NCBI GenBank assembly: GCA_013287135.1
Contig: JABDEK010000009.1
Location: forward strand, 8,462 to 72,461
Length of the DNA stretch: 64,000 bases
Origin: Acidobacteriota bacterium
Lineage (GTDB): Bacteria > Acidobacteriota > Terriglobia > Acidiferrales > UBA7541
Direction: 5' to 3'
Position 1 is the stretch's first letter, and each line of letters opens with the position of its first letter. A program made the position numbers and the translations under genes. The notes beneath the pieces are model-generated. The model was not told the DNA's origin. It did not search any database and saw nothing but the letters and a program-made list of their open reading frames with translations. This document shows positions 1-10,987 of this stretch, one piece after another.

Positions 1-249
1 CTTTCGGTCCGCCCCAGTGACTTCGATGCGTAGTTTGACGGTGGCGGGTTCGGAGGATTTCTTGTCTTTGTCTTTTTTATCTGGCGGAGGGGTTTGCGTT
101 TGCGCGGGCGGTGGTTGCGCCGGCGTGGAGGACTGATTCGGACTAGCGATCGCGGTACGCGGGCATACCGAAAAAATCAGGAGCAGAGTGAAGAGAGCGA
201 AACCTGAGAGGTTAGACAGAAATCTCTGGGGGGCTGTCGCAGCCTTCAT
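1..249 (-). CDS. N-terminal fragment of a secreted protein (gene runs off the window start)
   Basis: The minus-strand frame from the ATG at 249-247 stays open to position 1 (checked codon by codon). Translation MKAATAPQRFLSNLSGFALFTLLLIFSVCPRTAIASPNQSSTPAQPPPAQ... has a hydrophobic signal-peptide core, an AxA-type cleavage motif and a P/Q/K-rich linker. It is absent from the ORF track because it is truncated. No clear SD. Confidence 0.4.
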   Translation of the reverse strand, partial: MKAATAPQRFLSNLSGFALFTLLLIFSVCPRTAIASPNQSSTPAQPPPAQTQTPPPDKKDKDKKSSEPATVKLRIEVTGADRK

Positions 250-408
250 AGGACTTCTTTTACAGCAATCGTAAGTGGCTCTCAAGCCCAAAGAATTCAA
301 GGACCGCCAAGATCCGCTTTGGTTGGTTTACTCGCGCTGCCCAGGCGCTGATGGTGTGGAGATTACATCGCTCTGACGTATGATGATTGCAGGAACTGGA
401 GGCCAGCG

Positions 409-1548
409 ATGGGTTTTTCGACCGATGCAATTCACGTGGGGCAGGAGCCGGACGCCCTCACCGGAGCGATTGTGGCTCCGATCTACCAGACCTCCACCTA
501 CGTGATCGATGAAATGGGCCAAAGCAAGGGGTACGACTACGCGCGGACGAACCATCCCAACCGCAAGGCGCTGGAGCGCACGATTGCGAAACTGGAGGGT
601 GGGCAGTCGGCATACGTTTTTACTTCGGGGATGGCCGCGATTGATTCCGTTTTCCGGCTTCTGCGTCCGGGAGATCACGCGATTCTTTCTGAGGCGGTTT
701 ACGGCGGAGTTTTCCGCCTGACGACGCAACTGCTGGTTCAATTTGGGATGGAATTCAGCTACGTGGACACGTCTTGCATGGAAAAAGTGAAGGCGGCGAT
801 CAAGCCGAGCACGAAGATGCTTTATGTTGAGACGCCGACGAATCCGACAATGATCGTCACAGACCTGGCGGCGATTTCGAAGCTGGCGCGAGAAAGAAAT
901 CTGACGCTTGTAGTGGACAACACTTTTCTAAGTCCTTATTTGCAGCAACCGATCGCGCTGGGAGCGCACATCGTGGTCCATTCCATGACGAAATACTTGA
1001 ACGGGCACAGCGATTGCGTGGGCGGGGCGGTGATTCTGACACGCAAGGAAGATGCCGAGAAAATATATTTCGTGCAGCGGTCGGCTGGAGCGGGGCTTGC
1101 GCCGATGGATTGTTTCTTGGTTTCGCGCGGTGTTAAGACCCTGGCTGTTCGTATGGACCGGCATGACTCGAATGGGATGGCGGTGGCGAAATATTTGGAA
1201 AACCATCCGAAAGTGAAGAAAGTGATTTATCCGGGACTGGAGTCGCATCCGCAGCATGCGATTGCCAAGCGGCAGCAGAAGGGATTTGGCGGGATGTTGT
1301 CGTTTGACTTGGGGTCACTCGAGGCGGCGAAGACGTTGCTGAATCATGTGCGAATTTGTTCGTTGGCGGAAAGTTTGGGAGGAGTGGAGACGCTGATCTC
1401 GCATCCGGCTTTGATGACGCATGCGTCCATGCCGCCGGAGAAGCAGAAGGAAGTCGGGATCACGCAGGGGTTGATTCGGCTTTCGGTTGGGATTGAGGAT
1501 GTGGAAGATTTGATTGCGGATTTGGATCAGTCGCTGGCGCAGGTCTAG
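409..1548 (+). CDS. Cys/Met-metabolism PLP-dependent enzyme (cystathionine gamma-synthase / beta-lyase / gamma-lyase family)
   Basis: 379-aa ORF with GGAGG 6 nt upstream of the ATG. It resembles the transsulfuration family over its full length, including PIYQTSTY near the N-terminus and the PLP-lysine motif HSMTKYLNGHSD. The exact reaction cannot be assigned by eye. Confidence 0.9.
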   Translation: MGFSTDAIHVGQEPDALTGAIVAPIYQTSTYVIDEMGQSKGYDYARTNHPNRKALERTIAKLEGGQSAYVFTSGMAAIDSVFRLLRPGDHAILSEAVYGGVFRLTTQLLVQFGMEFSYVDTSCMEKVKAAIKPSTKMLYVETPTNPTMIVTDLAAISKLARERNLTLVVDNTFLSPYLQQPIALGAHIVVHSMTKYLNGHSDCVGGAVILTRKEDAEKIYFVQRSAGAGLAPMDCFLVSRGVKTLAVRMDRHDSNGMAVAKYLENHPKVKKVIYPGLESHPQHAIAKRQQKGFGGMLSFDLGSLEAAKTLLNHVRICSLAESLGGVETLISHPALMTHASMPPEKQKEVGITQGLIRLSVGIEDVEDLIADLDQSLAQV

Positions 1549-1606
1549 CGGCAAGCAACAAAATTTTGGCGCCGCAAACCAGTCCTCCTGTAACTTGGTA
1601 AGGAGG

Positions 1607-1945
1607 CTAGAGCCAATCTCCGCTGAGTGCCATTCCAGAAATGAATCCTGCGCCTAACATGGTCCCTAGCGCAATCAACCTAACCGCTACGGCAAACCGT
1701 CGCGGTCCCTTCATCCGGTAAACCCAGTAAGCGTCCAAGAAAAGCGAAGCGACGAACAAGGGGTGGGAGGCCCAAACGGCCGACGTGTTCGGCATTGGAC
1801 GCGGCCCAGTCTCAGGATGGACGGCCACAATCACGGCAATAGCAAGAGTCGCCGGAGTGAGCAAGTAGCCGGCGAAAACAAGCCAATATTCGCTCTTCCA
1901 TCGGTCGCGGCTAAAAGGTCGCTGCATCGCCCAGCGCCGCTCCAA
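1607..1945 (-). CDS. small hypothetical integral membrane protein
   Basis: 112-aa ORF with 3-4 hydrophobic helices (YWLVFAGYLLTPATLAIAVIVAV, HPLFVASLFLDAYWVY, LIALGTMLGAGFISGMAL). No family recognised. Confidence 0.5.
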   Translation of the reverse strand: MERRWAMQRPFSRDRWKSEYWLVFAGYLLTPATLAIAVIVAVHPETGPRPMPNTSAVWASHPLFVASLFLDAYWVYRMKGPRRFAVAVRLIALGTMLGAGFISGMALSGDWL

Positions 1946-2088
1946 GATTTGCGATGAGCGCCCGTGTCACTAAAGAAAAAGCCCAAGCGAAAAGAAAATC
2001 CAAGCTCCATTGAAAGTGCCTCAGAACGCCGTCCACGAAAATGACATAGAAGCGTCACTTCAGAAACTCTTGGCCCACCATTTACGGG

Positions 2089-2412
2089 TTAGCGCGCGAC
2101 GGATTCTGACATCCAGTCGAGGTAGTCTAGCGCGCCAGCCGCGATCGGCAACGCGATGATTTCGGGGACGTCGTAGCTATGCAGGCGCTTCACTGTGGCT
2201 TTCAATTTGGGGAAACGGGCTTTCGTCGTTTTGATGATTAGCAGAAATTCTTTCGCGGATTCCACAGTTCCCTTCCAGCGGTAGACGGACTGCACGGGGC
2301 TGGCTAAAATGTTCGCGCAGGCGGCCAGGCGTTGTTCAACCAGGGCGCGGGCGATTTTGCGGGCTTCTTTTGCCGTAGCGCAGGTGACCAGGACCACGAT
2401 CTTGTTGGTCAT
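2089..2412 (-). CDS. cutA: divalent-cation tolerance protein CutA
   Basis: The C-terminal 107 aa of the 159-aa ORF (MTNKIVVLVTCATAKEARKIARALVEQRLAACANI...VQSVYRWKGTVE...) match the CutA1 family. The start is trimmed to the internal ATG at 2412-2410. The upstream extension overlaps the divergent PGM start and shows no similarity. Confidence 0.85.
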   Translation of the reverse strand: MTNKIVVLVTCATAKEARKIARALVEQRLAACANILASPVQSVYRWKGTVESAKEFLLIIKTTKARFPKLKATVKRLHSYDVPEIIALPIAAGALDYLDWMSESVAR

Positions 2413-2503
2413 CTCAAAATTCTCTGTGTCTTTACTTATACGCCGCGCATCATTTTGAATGTTGTGTGGTTGCGGCTTGGGGGCCAAGATACAATAGGCG
2501 TCC

Positions 2504-3925
2504 GTGACGAACCAAGCGATACATTTCGGAACTTCTGGCTGGCGCGGCGTGATTGCCGACGACTTCACGTTTGGCGGAGTGCGTCGCGCGTCGGCTGCGG
2601 TAGCGGAACACGTTCTAGCGCAAACGAAATCGGCGACGCTGGTAGTTGGCTACGATATGCGATTCTTCTCGCCGGAATTTGCACGCACTTCGGCGGAAGT
2701 GCTGAAAGCGCATGGCTGCCGTATTCTCTTCTGCCAGGAGCCCACGCCTACTCCGGTGATTGCGCACGCGATTATTTTCAACAAACTGGCCGGTGGCGTG
2801 AACATTACGGCCAGTCACAATCCCTGGGACTATAACGGGCTGAAATATTCCGGGCCGGAAGGCGGGCCGGCAGCAGTGGAAACCACCAAGGATATTGAGA
2901 AGCGCGCCGCTGCGCTGCCTGAGGACAAGACTCCGTACCACGAGGTGGAAGATAAATTCGAAGCTATCCATCCGCGCGAAGCTTACTTTGCGCAACTAAA
3001 GAAAATGATTCGCTTCGACGTGCTGGCGAAAGCGAAGGGCAATTTCGTTTGCGACGCGGTGCACGGGTGCGGGGCGGGATGGCTGGATCGGATTCTGAAA
3101 GAAGACGGGCTGGCGGTGACTGAAATTCGCTGCACCCGCGATGTTTTGTTTGAAGGCAAGGGGCCGGATCCGTCGGAAGAAAATCTTGGGCTGCTGAAGA
3201 AAACGGTTCTGGAGAAAAAAGCGCTGGCCGGACTGGCGACCGATGGCGACGCCGACCGCTTCGGAATACTGGACCGCGACGGCGCGTTCATCGACCCGAA
3301 TCACATTCTCGGACTTGCCTTCGATTATTTGCTGGAGACGCGCGGATACAAGCTGGGAGCGGCGCGCAGCGTGGCTACTTCGCACATTCTGGATGCGGTG
3401 GCGAAATTGTACAGCGTTCAAATTTATGAGAGTCCGGTGGGTTTCAAATACGTTGGCCCGTTCCTGCGCGATGACAAAATCGCGATTGGCGGCGAAGAAA
3501 GCGCGGGAATGACCATTCGCGGGCATCTGCCGGAGAAAGACGGTATTCTGGCGTGTCTGCTGGTGGCGGAAATGATTGCGGCGCGGCAGACTTCCCTGCG
3601 TGAGCAGCTTCAGGATTTGTTTCGCAGAGTGGGACGCGAATATTGGCCGGTGCGCGTGAACTTGCCACTTTCCGACGATGCGCACAAAAAGCTAGTGGAG
3701 CGTTTGAAAAATGATCCAAGCGAATTCGCGGGCAAGCGAGTAGTAAACGTGAATCGACTCGACGGAATGAAATTGGCGTTTGAAGATGGAGCGTGGGTGT
3801 TGATACGTCCCTCTGGAACCGAGCCCGTAGTGCGCATTTACGCTGAGACCGCTAGCGTGGCGGCTTCGCAAAAATTGGCAGAGGAGGCGCGCAAGTGGAT
3901 TACGACGCAAGCGGCCGCCAAGTGA
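2504..3925 (+). CDS. phosphoglucomutase/phosphomannomutase family protein
   Basis: 473 aa with a GTG start. Motifs: GTSGWRG, active-site serine loop TASHNPWDYNGLKYS, metal loop DGDADRFGILD, GGEESAG, and C-terminal RPSGTEPVVRIYAE. Confidence 0.9.
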   Translation: MTNQAIHFGTSGWRGVIADDFTFGGVRRASAAVAEHVLAQTKSATLVVGYDMRFFSPEFARTSAEVLKAHGCRILFCQEPTPTPVIAHAIIFNKLAGGVNITASHNPWDYNGLKYSGPEGGPAAVETTKDIEKRAAALPEDKTPYHEVEDKFEAIHPREAYFAQLKKMIRFDVLAKAKGNFVCDAVHGCGAGWLDRILKEDGLAVTEIRCTRDVLFEGKGPDPSEENLGLLKKTVLEKKALAGLATDGDADRFGILDRDGAFIDPNHILGLAFDYLLETRGYKLGAARSVATSHILDAVAKLYSVQIYESPVGFKYVGPFLRDDKIAIGGEESAGMTIRGHLPEKDGILACLLVAEMIAARQTSLREQLQDLFRRVGREYWPVRVNLPLSDDAHKKLVERLKNDPSEFAGKRVVNVNRLDGMKLAFEDGAWVLIRPSGTEPVVRIYAETASVAASQKLAEEARKWITTQAAAK

Positions 3926-4329
3926 ACAAGCAAGAGACGGCGAAGACTCCCACGAGCGAGCCGAGCGTCGGATTCTTTGAGCAGCTCGGGCAATTTTTCC
4001 GGCGGAACAGTTACTTGTTCCTGATCCTAGGTTTCGCTTTGCTCTTGCTTCAAGATATTTTCGGCACGCACGGCGTGCTGGCGATGCGGCAATCCCAAAA
4101 GCAAGCCGAGGAAATTCGGAAAGACATTAAGCGTTTGGATGATGAAAATCAGCGGATGCAGGATCGCGTGAAGGCGCTGAAGAGTGATCCGGCGGCGATC
4201 GAGAAAATTGCGCGCGAAGAAATGAAGCTGTCGCGGCAGGGCGAAGTGATATTTCAGACACAGCCGAAGCCTGCTAGTGAATTGCAAAACCCCCCATCCC
4301 ATCCGTATAGTCCCACAAAAAAGCCTTAG
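3922..4329 (+). CDS. septum formation initiator (FtsB/DivIC-like)
   Basis: A single N-terminal TM helix (LFLILGFALLLLQDIF) is followed by a coiled coil (QKQAEEIRKDIKRLDDENQRMQDRVKALKSD) and the family-typical IEKIAREEMKLSRQGEVIF. The GTG at 3922 overlaps the PGM TGA stop (GTGA). An alternative GTG lies at 3895. Confidence 0.7.
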   Translation: MNKQETAKTPTSEPSVGFFEQLGQFFRRNSYLFLILGFALLLLQDIFGTHGVLAMRQSQKQAEEIRKDIKRLDDENQRMQDRVKALKSDPAAIEKIAREEMKLSRQGEVIFQTQPKPASELQNPPSHPYSPTKKP

Positions 4330-5465
4330 CTTTGCGCGGCCGGACGTAAAGTTCGTTTAAACCACGCAATTATTTCCCTGCGATGGTCTTTCCAGGTGGT
4401 TCGCGCGAGTGAGAGAAGAACCATCGCGGCGGTAATAATCAGAAAACCGAGCGTAGCCATGGGGATGGACTCGCCCTCTTTCTTCATAATGGAAAATCTA
4501 CCGTAAACGAATTCGATGTGCACCCAATAGACAAACAAGGAAGTTTGGCCCATCTGGATTAACGGGCTGAATCCTACCTGGCCGAGGCCCCAGCGGCACC
4601 AGGCATAACTTGCGAAGACGATCACCAGCATGATGGCTACGCGCGCGAGGAAGAAATTGGGACTGGTGTGCCAGTAATCGTAATCGGGATAGATTTGCAA
4701 GGTGCGTCCATCTAGCCATTGTGAAAGATAAAACAGCGCCACACCCGCGACGCCGCACGCGAAGGTTACTTTTTCCAAATTATTTTTCCCCCAATCGCTG
4801 AAGAGAAGATAGCCCAGAGCTAGACCCGCGAAGGCAAATCCTGCCCAGGGAAAAATCGGGAAGAGCCAGGGCTGCGGGGCCTTGAAAGTGTGGACGCCGT
4901 TAATGTAGGACTCGAGATACCAGGGGAGCCAGCGCGGACGCCAAGTGGTGTAAAGAAATGGCGTGGCCAGCGCGATTGCGGCCGCGGTTATGAGGGCCAC
5001 GGCGGCGTTGGCTCCGCGGCTTTGCGTCAAGCGTCCTACAATTCCCAACAAGAGGATCGAAATGCCGATGGTGTTCAAGATGTCCACACGGAGCAAATCG
5101 GTCCAGGGAGCCCAAGGAATGCCGAGAAGATATTCCTGCACGCGGAAAAGCAACCCGAGGCCGAGTATTTCCGCGCCGCGAAGAATGGTGGTCCAAGCAA
5201 TCTGATTTGGCGTAGCGCCTTTCTTGCGCATTTTGTCAGAGACCAGCGCGAAGGAAACTCCCGCAAGAAAAAGGAAAAGGGGCGCGGGGATGGTTCCGCT
5301 AAGCTGCGACCATTTAAGGACTCGCGACTGGCGCGCCGCTCCGCCCAGCCAGGAATCGTATGAATGGACTTCAAACATCAACAGGCAGGCGAAACCGCGC
5401 ATCCAGTCAATGTAAGCGAGGCGCTGTGGTTTGCCGGGCTGTTCGGTGGCGTTCAAGCCGCACAA
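4326..5465 (-). CDS. DUF1624/heparan-alpha-glucosaminide N-acetyltransferase-like membrane acyltransferase
   Basis: 379-aa polytopic membrane protein. The N-terminal RLAYIDWMRGFACLLMFEVH signature is typical of DUF1624-type acyltransferases. About 10 hydrophobic segments. Confidence 0.7.
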   Translation of the reverse strand: MCGLNATEQPGKPQRLAYIDWMRGFACLLMFEVHSYDSWLGGAARQSRVLKWSQLSGTIPAPLFLFLAGVSFALVSDKMRKKGATPNQIAWTTILRGAEILGLGLLFRVQEYLLGIPWAPWTDLLRVDILNTIGISILLLGIVGRLTQSRGANAAVALITAAAIALATPFLYTTWRPRWLPWYLESYINGVHTFKAPQPWLFPIFPWAGFAFAGLALGYLLFSDWGKNNLEKVTFACGVAGVALFYLSQWLDGRTLQIYPDYDYWHTSPNFFLARVAIMLVIVFASYAWCRWGLGQVGFSPLIQMGQTSLFVYWVHIEFVYGRFSIMKKEGESIPMATLGFLIITAAMVLLSLARTTWKDHRREIIAWFKRTLRPAAQS

Positions 5466-5534
5466 GAATCGCCGAGAGGCAAACGCAAAGCAAGTTTTTC
5501 TCGGAAGCTCCGCGCAGTTCAGTAAAATCCTGCT

Positions 5535-6518
5535 GTGGCTAATGGCAATTCAAAATCCTGGGAACTGAAGCTTCCGATTGCTTTCGCGGTGTGGGTTCCG
5601 ATTGTTGTTTTTGTGATCCTGCTGGGTTTCCGGCTTGGTTATGAGGGGCGGCGTTACGGCATGGCCCTCAGCGTTGCCGCTGTGCTATTCGCGTTTGAAT
5701 TTTTTCTGGCTTGTCCGTCTGTTCTGGATCGCGCCCGAAAATTCCTGGGTGAACATGGCGGAGTGCTCGCGACGCTGGTGCCTCTGTTCGCCGTCCTGAT
5801 TTACACCACGACCGTTACCGGCAATTGGAAAATGGCGCTAGCGGGCGCGGCTTATTGCGTTTTGCCGCCGTTGCTATTGGCGCGCAGCACGGGCAAGCCG
5901 TCGGGGACTTGGGAAGATTACGCGGCGGCGCTAATCGTTTGGCTGCCAGTGGAATTCCGTTGGATGTATCACGTGTTTCCCTACCCCGGGGAACTCTCGC
6001 ACACGCTGACGATCTTGTTAGCGCTTAGCACGGGCATTGCTGCGTTCGTTTTGCTGCGGCGTATGGACGGAATTGGCTACGAGATTGTGTGGCGGCGCAG
6101 ATTTAGCGCGAATGTGGCGATTCATTTCCTGATTTTTGCAGCGATCGCGGCGCCGTTGGGAATGCAAATGGGCTTTCTGAAGTTTGATCCGACAATTGCG
6201 CGGCTGCGCTCGCTTCCCTTGGCCACGGTGGGAATTGCATTTTTTACGGCTTGGCCGGAAGAATTCCTGTTTCGCGGCGTGCTGCAGAATCTGCTTTCAC
6301 GGACTTTGAAGAATCAGTGGACCGGGCTGGCGATTGCTTCGGTGATTTTCGGATTTTCGCACATCCTGCACGCGCCGTTTCCAAACTGGAAGTATGTTTT
6401 TCTGGCGACCATCGCGGGACTGTTTTACGGGCACGTTTGGATGAAGACGGGATCGCTGTTCCCCGGCGCGCTGGTACACGCGCTGGTGGACATTTCTTGG
6501 CACCTTTTGTTTCGCTGA
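5535..6518 (+). CDS. CPBP family intramembrane glutamic endopeptidase (CAAX-protease-like)
   Basis: 327-aa membrane protein with a GTG start. It carries the three CPBP motifs EEFLFRGVLQ, FGFSHILH and HALVDISW. Confidence 0.85.
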   Translation: MANGNSKSWELKLPIAFAVWVPIVVFVILLGFRLGYEGRRYGMALSVAAVLFAFEFFLACPSVLDRARKFLGEHGGVLATLVPLFAVLIYTTTVTGNWKMALAGAAYCVLPPLLLARSTGKPSGTWEDYAAALIVWLPVEFRWMYHVFPYPGELSHTLTILLALSTGIAAFVLLRRMDGIGYEIVWRRRFSANVAIHFLIFAAIAAPLGMQMGFLKFDPTIARLRSLPLATVGIAFFTAWPEEFLFRGVLQNLLSRTLKNQWTGLAIASVIFGFSHILHAPFPNWKYVFLATIAGLFYGHVWMKTGSLFPGALVHALVDISWHLLFR

Positions 6519-6536
6519 GCTTGCCGAACGGAAAGA

Positions 6537-7313
6537 CTAGCGAACTACGCCCTGAAGAGGGCTGGACGCGGTGGCGTACAACTTTTTCGGGATGCGGCCA
6601 GCAAGGAACGCCTTGCGGCCAGCTTCCACGGCAGCGCCCATGGCTTCGGCCATCATCACGGTGTCTTGCGCTTCCGCAATCGCGGTGTTCATCAGGACGC
6701 CGTCGGCGCCAAGCTCCATGGCGATAGCGGCATCCGACGCGGTTCCCACACCTGCATCTATTATCATCGGAACTTCTGTGATGCGTTCGCGCAGAATCTG
6801 CATGTTCGCGGTATTTTGAATACCCATCCCTGAACCGATGGGGGCGCCGAGCGGCATTACAGCGGCGGCTCCGGCATCGATTAGTCTACGCGCGACGATC
6901 AAGTCGTCGTTGGTGTAAGGCAGTACGACGAAACCTTCGGCGACCAGAGTTTTCGTGGCGCGAATCAACTCTTCCGTGTCGGGAAAAAGTGTTTGCTGGT
7001 CGCCGATCACTTCCAGCTTGACCCATTCGGAGAGGCCCACTTCGCGTCCGAGGCGGGCGGTGCGGACGGCTTCGTCCGCGGAATAGCACCCAGCGGTATT
7101 GGGCAAAATAAAAAAATTCTTGCGGTCGATGTAATCGAGAAGAGATTCCTTCGATTTATCGGTAAGGTTCACGCGGCGAATCGCTACCGTGACCATATCG
7201 GCGCCGGAAGCTTCGTGCGCGCGGCGCATTTCTTCGAAGCTGCGATACTTGCCGGTGCCAACGATCAGGCGCGAATTGAATGTTTTTCCAGCAATCACCA
7301 AGTGGTCTACCAT
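6537..7313 (-). CDS. thiG: thiazole synthase
   Basis: 258 aa. The N-terminal [19 protein letters not shown] and the full-length TIM-barrel pattern ([30 protein letters not shown]) are characteristic of ThiG. Confidence 0.95.
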   Translation of the reverse strand: MVDHLVIAGKTFNSRLIVGTGKYRSFEEMRRAHEASGADMVTVAIRRVNLTDKSKESLLDYIDRKNFFILPNTAGCYSADEAVRTARLGREVGLSEWVKLEVIGDQQTLFPDTEELIRATKTLVAEGFVVLPYTNDDLIVARRLIDAGAAAVMPLGAPIGSGMGIQNTANMQILRERITEVPMIIDAGVGTASDAAIAMELGADGVLMNTAIAEAQDTVMMAEAMGAAVEAGRKAFLAGRIPKKLYATASSPLQGVVR

Positions 7314-7327
7314 CGAAATCTCCTGAA

Positions 7328-9139
7328 CTATAGTAACGCTCGCGGGCGCGGCTCCTCTACGTCGGCATAAAGCTTTGCGATTAAATCCTGATAGCGGCTC
7401 TCAATCACGCGCCGTTTCATTTTCAGCGTATAAGTCAGTTCGCCGTTTGCGAAAGTAAAATCCTGTTCGAGTAGCGCGAAGCGTTTTGGTTTTTCGTATT
7501 GCGCAAGCGCCGAGGTCAGCCGCTCGATTTCGCGCGAGAGCAGGTCGCGGACCCAGGGGTCGGAAGTCATCTGAGACGGTCCGGGAAAATCTTTACCGTG
7601 CTTTTGAGCTTCCTGCTGCATGGCTGCGAAGTTTGGAACGATTAATACCGCGACGAACTTGCGCTTGTCACCCACTACGATGGCATTGGTGACGTACCTA
7701 GACTGTTTCAGGAGATTTTCGATCATGGCGGGCGCAACAAACTTTCCAGCCGCGGTTTTCAACAATTCTTTTTTGCGGTCGGTAATGATTAGATATCCGT
7801 CTTCGTCAAGTTTTCCGATGTCACCGGTGCAAAGCCATCCATCGGGCGTCAAAACTTCCTCCGTCTCTTTCTGTTTGTGGAAATAGCCTTCCATGACGCA
7901 GGGACCTTTCACCAGAATCTCGCCATCGCCGGCGATGCGGACTTCCACGTGCGCGATGGGCAGACCGACGGTGCCTACTTTATTTTTTTTCGGAACATTA
8001 GCCGAAATCACCGGAGAAGTTTCGGTAAGGCCGTAACCCTGCATAATCGGCAGATTGATGGACCAGAAAAATTCAGCGAGGTCGGGGGACAGTGGGCCTC
8101 CGCCGGAAAAGAAATAGCGGATTCTGCCGCCCAGTCCGGCGCGAATTTTTGAATAAACGAGGCGATCGGCAAACTGCCAGCGTTGTTTGGTCCAAAACGA
8201 AGGCTGCTTGCCAAGCGCTCGCCACGGAACGGCTTCTTCGGCTACGCGCAAGGACCAATCAAAGATTTTCCTTTTTATGCCGGTTTCGCGATGACCCTTG
8301 TCGATAATATTTGCGTAAATCTTTTCGAAAAAGCGCGGGACGGCAGCGGCCAGTGTGGGTTTCACTTCCAGAAGAGCTTGCGGAACGGATTCCATTTGCT
8401 CAACGTAGGCGATGGGAATGCCGTCGAAGAGATAGCCGTAGTCCACGGTACGCTCATAAACGTGGGCCAGGGGCAAAAAGGACAGCGCGACGTCGCTGGT
8501 AGAAAGATCATGATCCTTCAGCGAGTCAACAACATTGGAGCTTAGGTTTTGATGGGTGAGCATCACTCCCTTGGGCTCGCCGGTGGTACCGGAGGTATAA
8601 ATGATGGTGGCCAATTGATTGGCGGAGATTTCCGCGGCGCGCTTGCGGTATTCGGCGACGTCAGCATTGCCTGCCGTGTGGATCAGCGCTTCATAACGCA
8701 AAATCTCGCCACTGAAGTCGGAAAGAGGCGCCACGGAGATTACGTGTTCGAGCGCGGGAATTCTGTCGCGGCATTCCGCGATTTTTCGCGTCTGGGCTTC
8801 CCCGGAAGTGAAAATTATGCGGGCACCGGAATCGTTCATGATGTAAACGAGGCGATCGATCGATTCATTAAAATAAATTGGGACGCTTACTGCGCCCAAA
8901 CCTTGTATCGCGAAGTCGGCGATGTGCCATTCGGGGCAGTTCGGCGCGAGGATCGCCACGCGGTCGGCGGATGTTATTCCCAGCTCGCGGAAGGCTTTCG
9001 ACAATCCCGCCACCCGACGTAGCATTTCTTGCGCCGCGATCGACTGCCAACCCTCAGCGGTGCGATACATTTGGGCGCGAGGGTTCGCGTGCCTGTCCAC
9101 GGTTTCGAGAAAGGATTTCGTGAGCGGAGGATAATCCAT
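7328..9139 (-). CDS. long-chain fatty-acid--CoA ligase (AMP-binding family)
   Basis: 603 aa. AMP-binding motif [20 protein letters not shown], then [27 protein letters not shown] and a C-terminal [10 protein letters not shown]. Confidence 0.9.
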   Translation of the reverse strand: MDYPPLTKSFLETVDRHANPRAQMYRTAEGWQSIAAQEMLRRVAGLSKAFRELGITSADRVAILAPNCPEWHIADFAIQGLGAVSVPIYFNESIDRLVYIMNDSGARIIFTSGEAQTRKIAECRDRIPALEHVISVAPLSDFSGEILRYEALIHTAGNADVAEYRKRAAEISANQLATIIYTSGTTGEPKGVMLTHQNLSSNVVDSLKDHDLSTSDVALSFLPLAHVYERTVDYGYLFDGIPIAYVEQMESVPQALLEVKPTLAAAVPRFFEKIYANIIDKGHRETGIKRKIFDWSLRVAEEAVPWRALGKQPSFWTKQRWQFADRLVYSKIRAGLGGRIRYFFSGGGPLSPDLAEFFWSINLPIMQGYGLTETSPVISANVPKKNKVGTVGLPIAHVEVRIAGDGEILVKGPCVMEGYFHKQKETEEVLTPDGWLCTGDIGKLDEDGYLIITDRKKELLKTAAGKFVAPAMIENLLKQSRYVTNAIVVGDKRKFVAVLIVPNFAAMQQEAQKHGKDFPGPSQMTSDPWVRDLLSREIERLTSALAQYEKPKRFALLEQDFTFANGELTYTLKMKRRVIESRYQDLIAKLYADVEEPRPRALL

Positions 9140-9259
9140 CGTAATAGATTCACTTTAGCGTATGGGACAACATCGCGCAACGCAGGCGGCGGATTTCCAG
9201 CGAAACACCAAACTGCGAAATTCTATGGCTGGTGCGCTAAGATGTTCTGGGAGGTTCCG

Positions 9260-10936
9260 ATGTCGAAACTCGCGACCGAAGAAACAACCGGATACCAGCC
9301 GGTGCGTGCGCCGCGCGGCGCTACGCTTTCCTGCCAAGGTTGGCAGCAGGAAGCGGCCATGCGCATGTTAATGAACAACCTTGATCCGGAAGTCGCCGAA
9401 AAGCCGGAAGATTTGATCGTTTACGGAGGGCGCGGGAAGGCGGCGCGGAACTGGAAGTGTTATCACGCGATTGTGGCGTCACTGAAATCGCTGAAGAATG
9501 ACGAGACGCTGTTGGTGCAGTCGGGCAAGCCGGTTGGGGTTTTTCGCACGCACAGCTACGCTCCGCGCGTGCTGATCGCGAATTCAAATTTGGTGGGACA
9601 TTGGAGCGACTGGAAAAACTTTGATGAGCTCGACCGCGCGGGATTGATGATGTATGGCCAGATGACGGCGGGCAGCTGGATTTACATTGGCACGCAGGGA
9701 ATCCTGCAAGGCACCTACGAAACTTTTGCCGCGGCGGCGCGAAAACATTTTCAGAGCGACCTGGCGGGAAAGCTGGTGGCCAGCGGAGGCATGGGCGGCA
9801 TGGGGGGCGCGCAGCCTCTGGCGGCGACCCTCAATGGCGGGGCGTTCCTGGGTATTGATGTCGACCCGGAGCGCATCAAGCGGCGCGTGAAGACGGGCTA
9901 CTGCGACGTGATGGTGAACGACCTCGATGAAGCGCTGCGAATTTTGAAGAATGCGGTGCGCAAGCGCGAAGCCACTTCCGTAGGATTGCTGGGAAATTGC
10001 GCGGACGTGATTCCGGAACTTGCGCGGCGCGGTGTGGTGCCGGATCTGCTGACGGATCAAACCAGCGCGCACGATCCGATTGGCGGTTATATTCCGCAGG
10101 GGTTTGATGTGGCGCAGGCTACCGAGTTGCGTAAGAGCGATCCAGAAACGTATCGCAGGCGCTCGCTCGAATCGTTGGCCAAGCACGTGGAAGGCATGCT
10201 TGCGTTGCAGAAACTGGGATCCGTCACGTTTGACTACGGAAATAACATTCGGACTTTCGCATTCGAGCAAGGCGTGAAGAACGCTTACGATTTTCCGGGA
10301 TTTGTCCCGGCTTACATTCGTCCGCTGTTTTGCGAAGGGCGTGGGCCGTTTCGGTGGGCTGCGCTTTCGGGTGAGCCGTCGGATATTTATCGAACGGACA
10401 AACTGGTGCTCGACATGTTTCCGCACGACGAGGTTCTGACGCGTTGGATTCATCTGGCGCAGAAGCGCGTGCGGTTTCAAGGACTGCCAGCGCGAATCTG
10501 CTGGCTGGGTTATGGCGAGCGCGACAAATTTGGACTCGCGTTGAATGACTTGGTGGCGAAAGGCGAATTGAAAGCGCCGATCGTGATTGGGCGCGATCAT
10601 CTGGATTGTGGCTCGGTGGCTTCGCCTTACCGCGAAACCGAAAAGATGAAAGATGGATCGGACGCAGTTGCGGATTGGGCGCTGCTGAATGCCCTACTGA
10701 ATACAGCGAGCGGCGCGAGTTGGGTGTCGATTCACAATGGCGGCGGCGTCGGTATCGGCTACTCATTGCACGCGGGACAAGTGACAGTGGCGGACGGCTC
10801 GAAGGAAATGGCGGAGCGCATCGAGCGGGTGTTGACGAATGATCCTGGAATTGGCGTGGCGCGGCATGTGGATGCGGGCTATACCGAAGCGATCGAATTT
10901 GCGCAAAAGTCTGGCGTGAAGATTCCTATGTCTTGA
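9260..10936 (+). CDS. hutU: urocanate hydratase
   Basis: Full-length match to HutU ([45 protein letters not shown]). The start is trimmed to the ATG at 9260, preceded by GGGAGG. The track's 77-aa extension overlaps the divergent acyl-CoA ligase gene. Confidence 0.95.
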   Translation: MSKLATEETTGYQPVRAPRGATLSCQGWQQEAAMRMLMNNLDPEVAEKPEDLIVYGGRGKAARNWKCYHAIVASLKSLKNDETLLVQSGKPVGVFRTHSYAPRVLIANSNLVGHWSDWKNFDELDRAGLMMYGQMTAGSWIYIGTQGILQGTYETFAAAARKHFQSDLAGKLVASGGMGGMGGAQPLAATLNGGAFLGIDVDPERIKRRVKTGYCDVMVNDLDEALRILKNAVRKREATSVGLLGNCADVIPELARRGVVPDLLTDQTSAHDPIGGYIPQGFDVAQATELRKSDPETYRRRSLESLAKHVEGMLALQKLGSVTFDYGNNIRTFAFEQGVKNAYDFPGFVPAYIRPLFCEGRGPFRWAALSGEPSDIYRTDKLVLDMFPHDEVLTRWIHLAQKRVRFQGLPARICWLGYGERDKFGLALNDLVAKGELKAPIVIGRDHLDCGSVASPYRETEKMKDGSDAVADWALLNALLNTASGASWVSIHNGGGVGIGYSLHAGQVTVADGSKEMAERIERVLTNDPGIGVARHVDAGYTEAIEFAQKSGVKIPMS

Positions 10937-10987
10937 GCAACAAATTTCGATAATCCGGCCAACTGCTGTTTTGGCCTTGGAGAAGAA

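Noticed and set aside
250-408. Possible SAM (S-box) riboswitch upstream of the transsulfuration gene
   Set aside because: No SAM-I-like conserved blocks (GGTGGAGGGA-type or GCAACC cores) are visible. Only short GC hairpins are present.
1584-1606. Hairpin CCTCCT-N11-AGGAGG between the convergent genes at 1548 and 1607
   Set aside because: It has only a 6-bp stem, an 11-nt loop and no U-tract, so it is too weak to call a terminator.
2996-3685. 229-aa ORF antisense to the PGM/PMM gene
   Set aside because: It is a shadow ORF within a well-supported gene, with no motifs.
4326-4329. Convergent genes (FtsB-like on the plus strand, acyltransferase on the minus strand) share their stop codons within TTAG
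   Set aside because: This is real but trivial. Overlapping convergent stops are common in compact genomes, and there is no room for a regulatory element.
9029-9259. 77-codon N-terminal extension of hutU in the track
   Set aside because: It overlaps the 5' end of the divergent acyl-CoA ligase gene and shows no HutU similarity. An ATG with an SD at 9260 gives a protein of normal HutU length.
9584-10600. 338-aa ORF antisense to hutU
   Set aside because: It lies entirely inside hutU on the opposite strand. It is Arg/His/Gln-rich with no recognisable motifs. This is a typical shadow ORF of a GC-rich gene.
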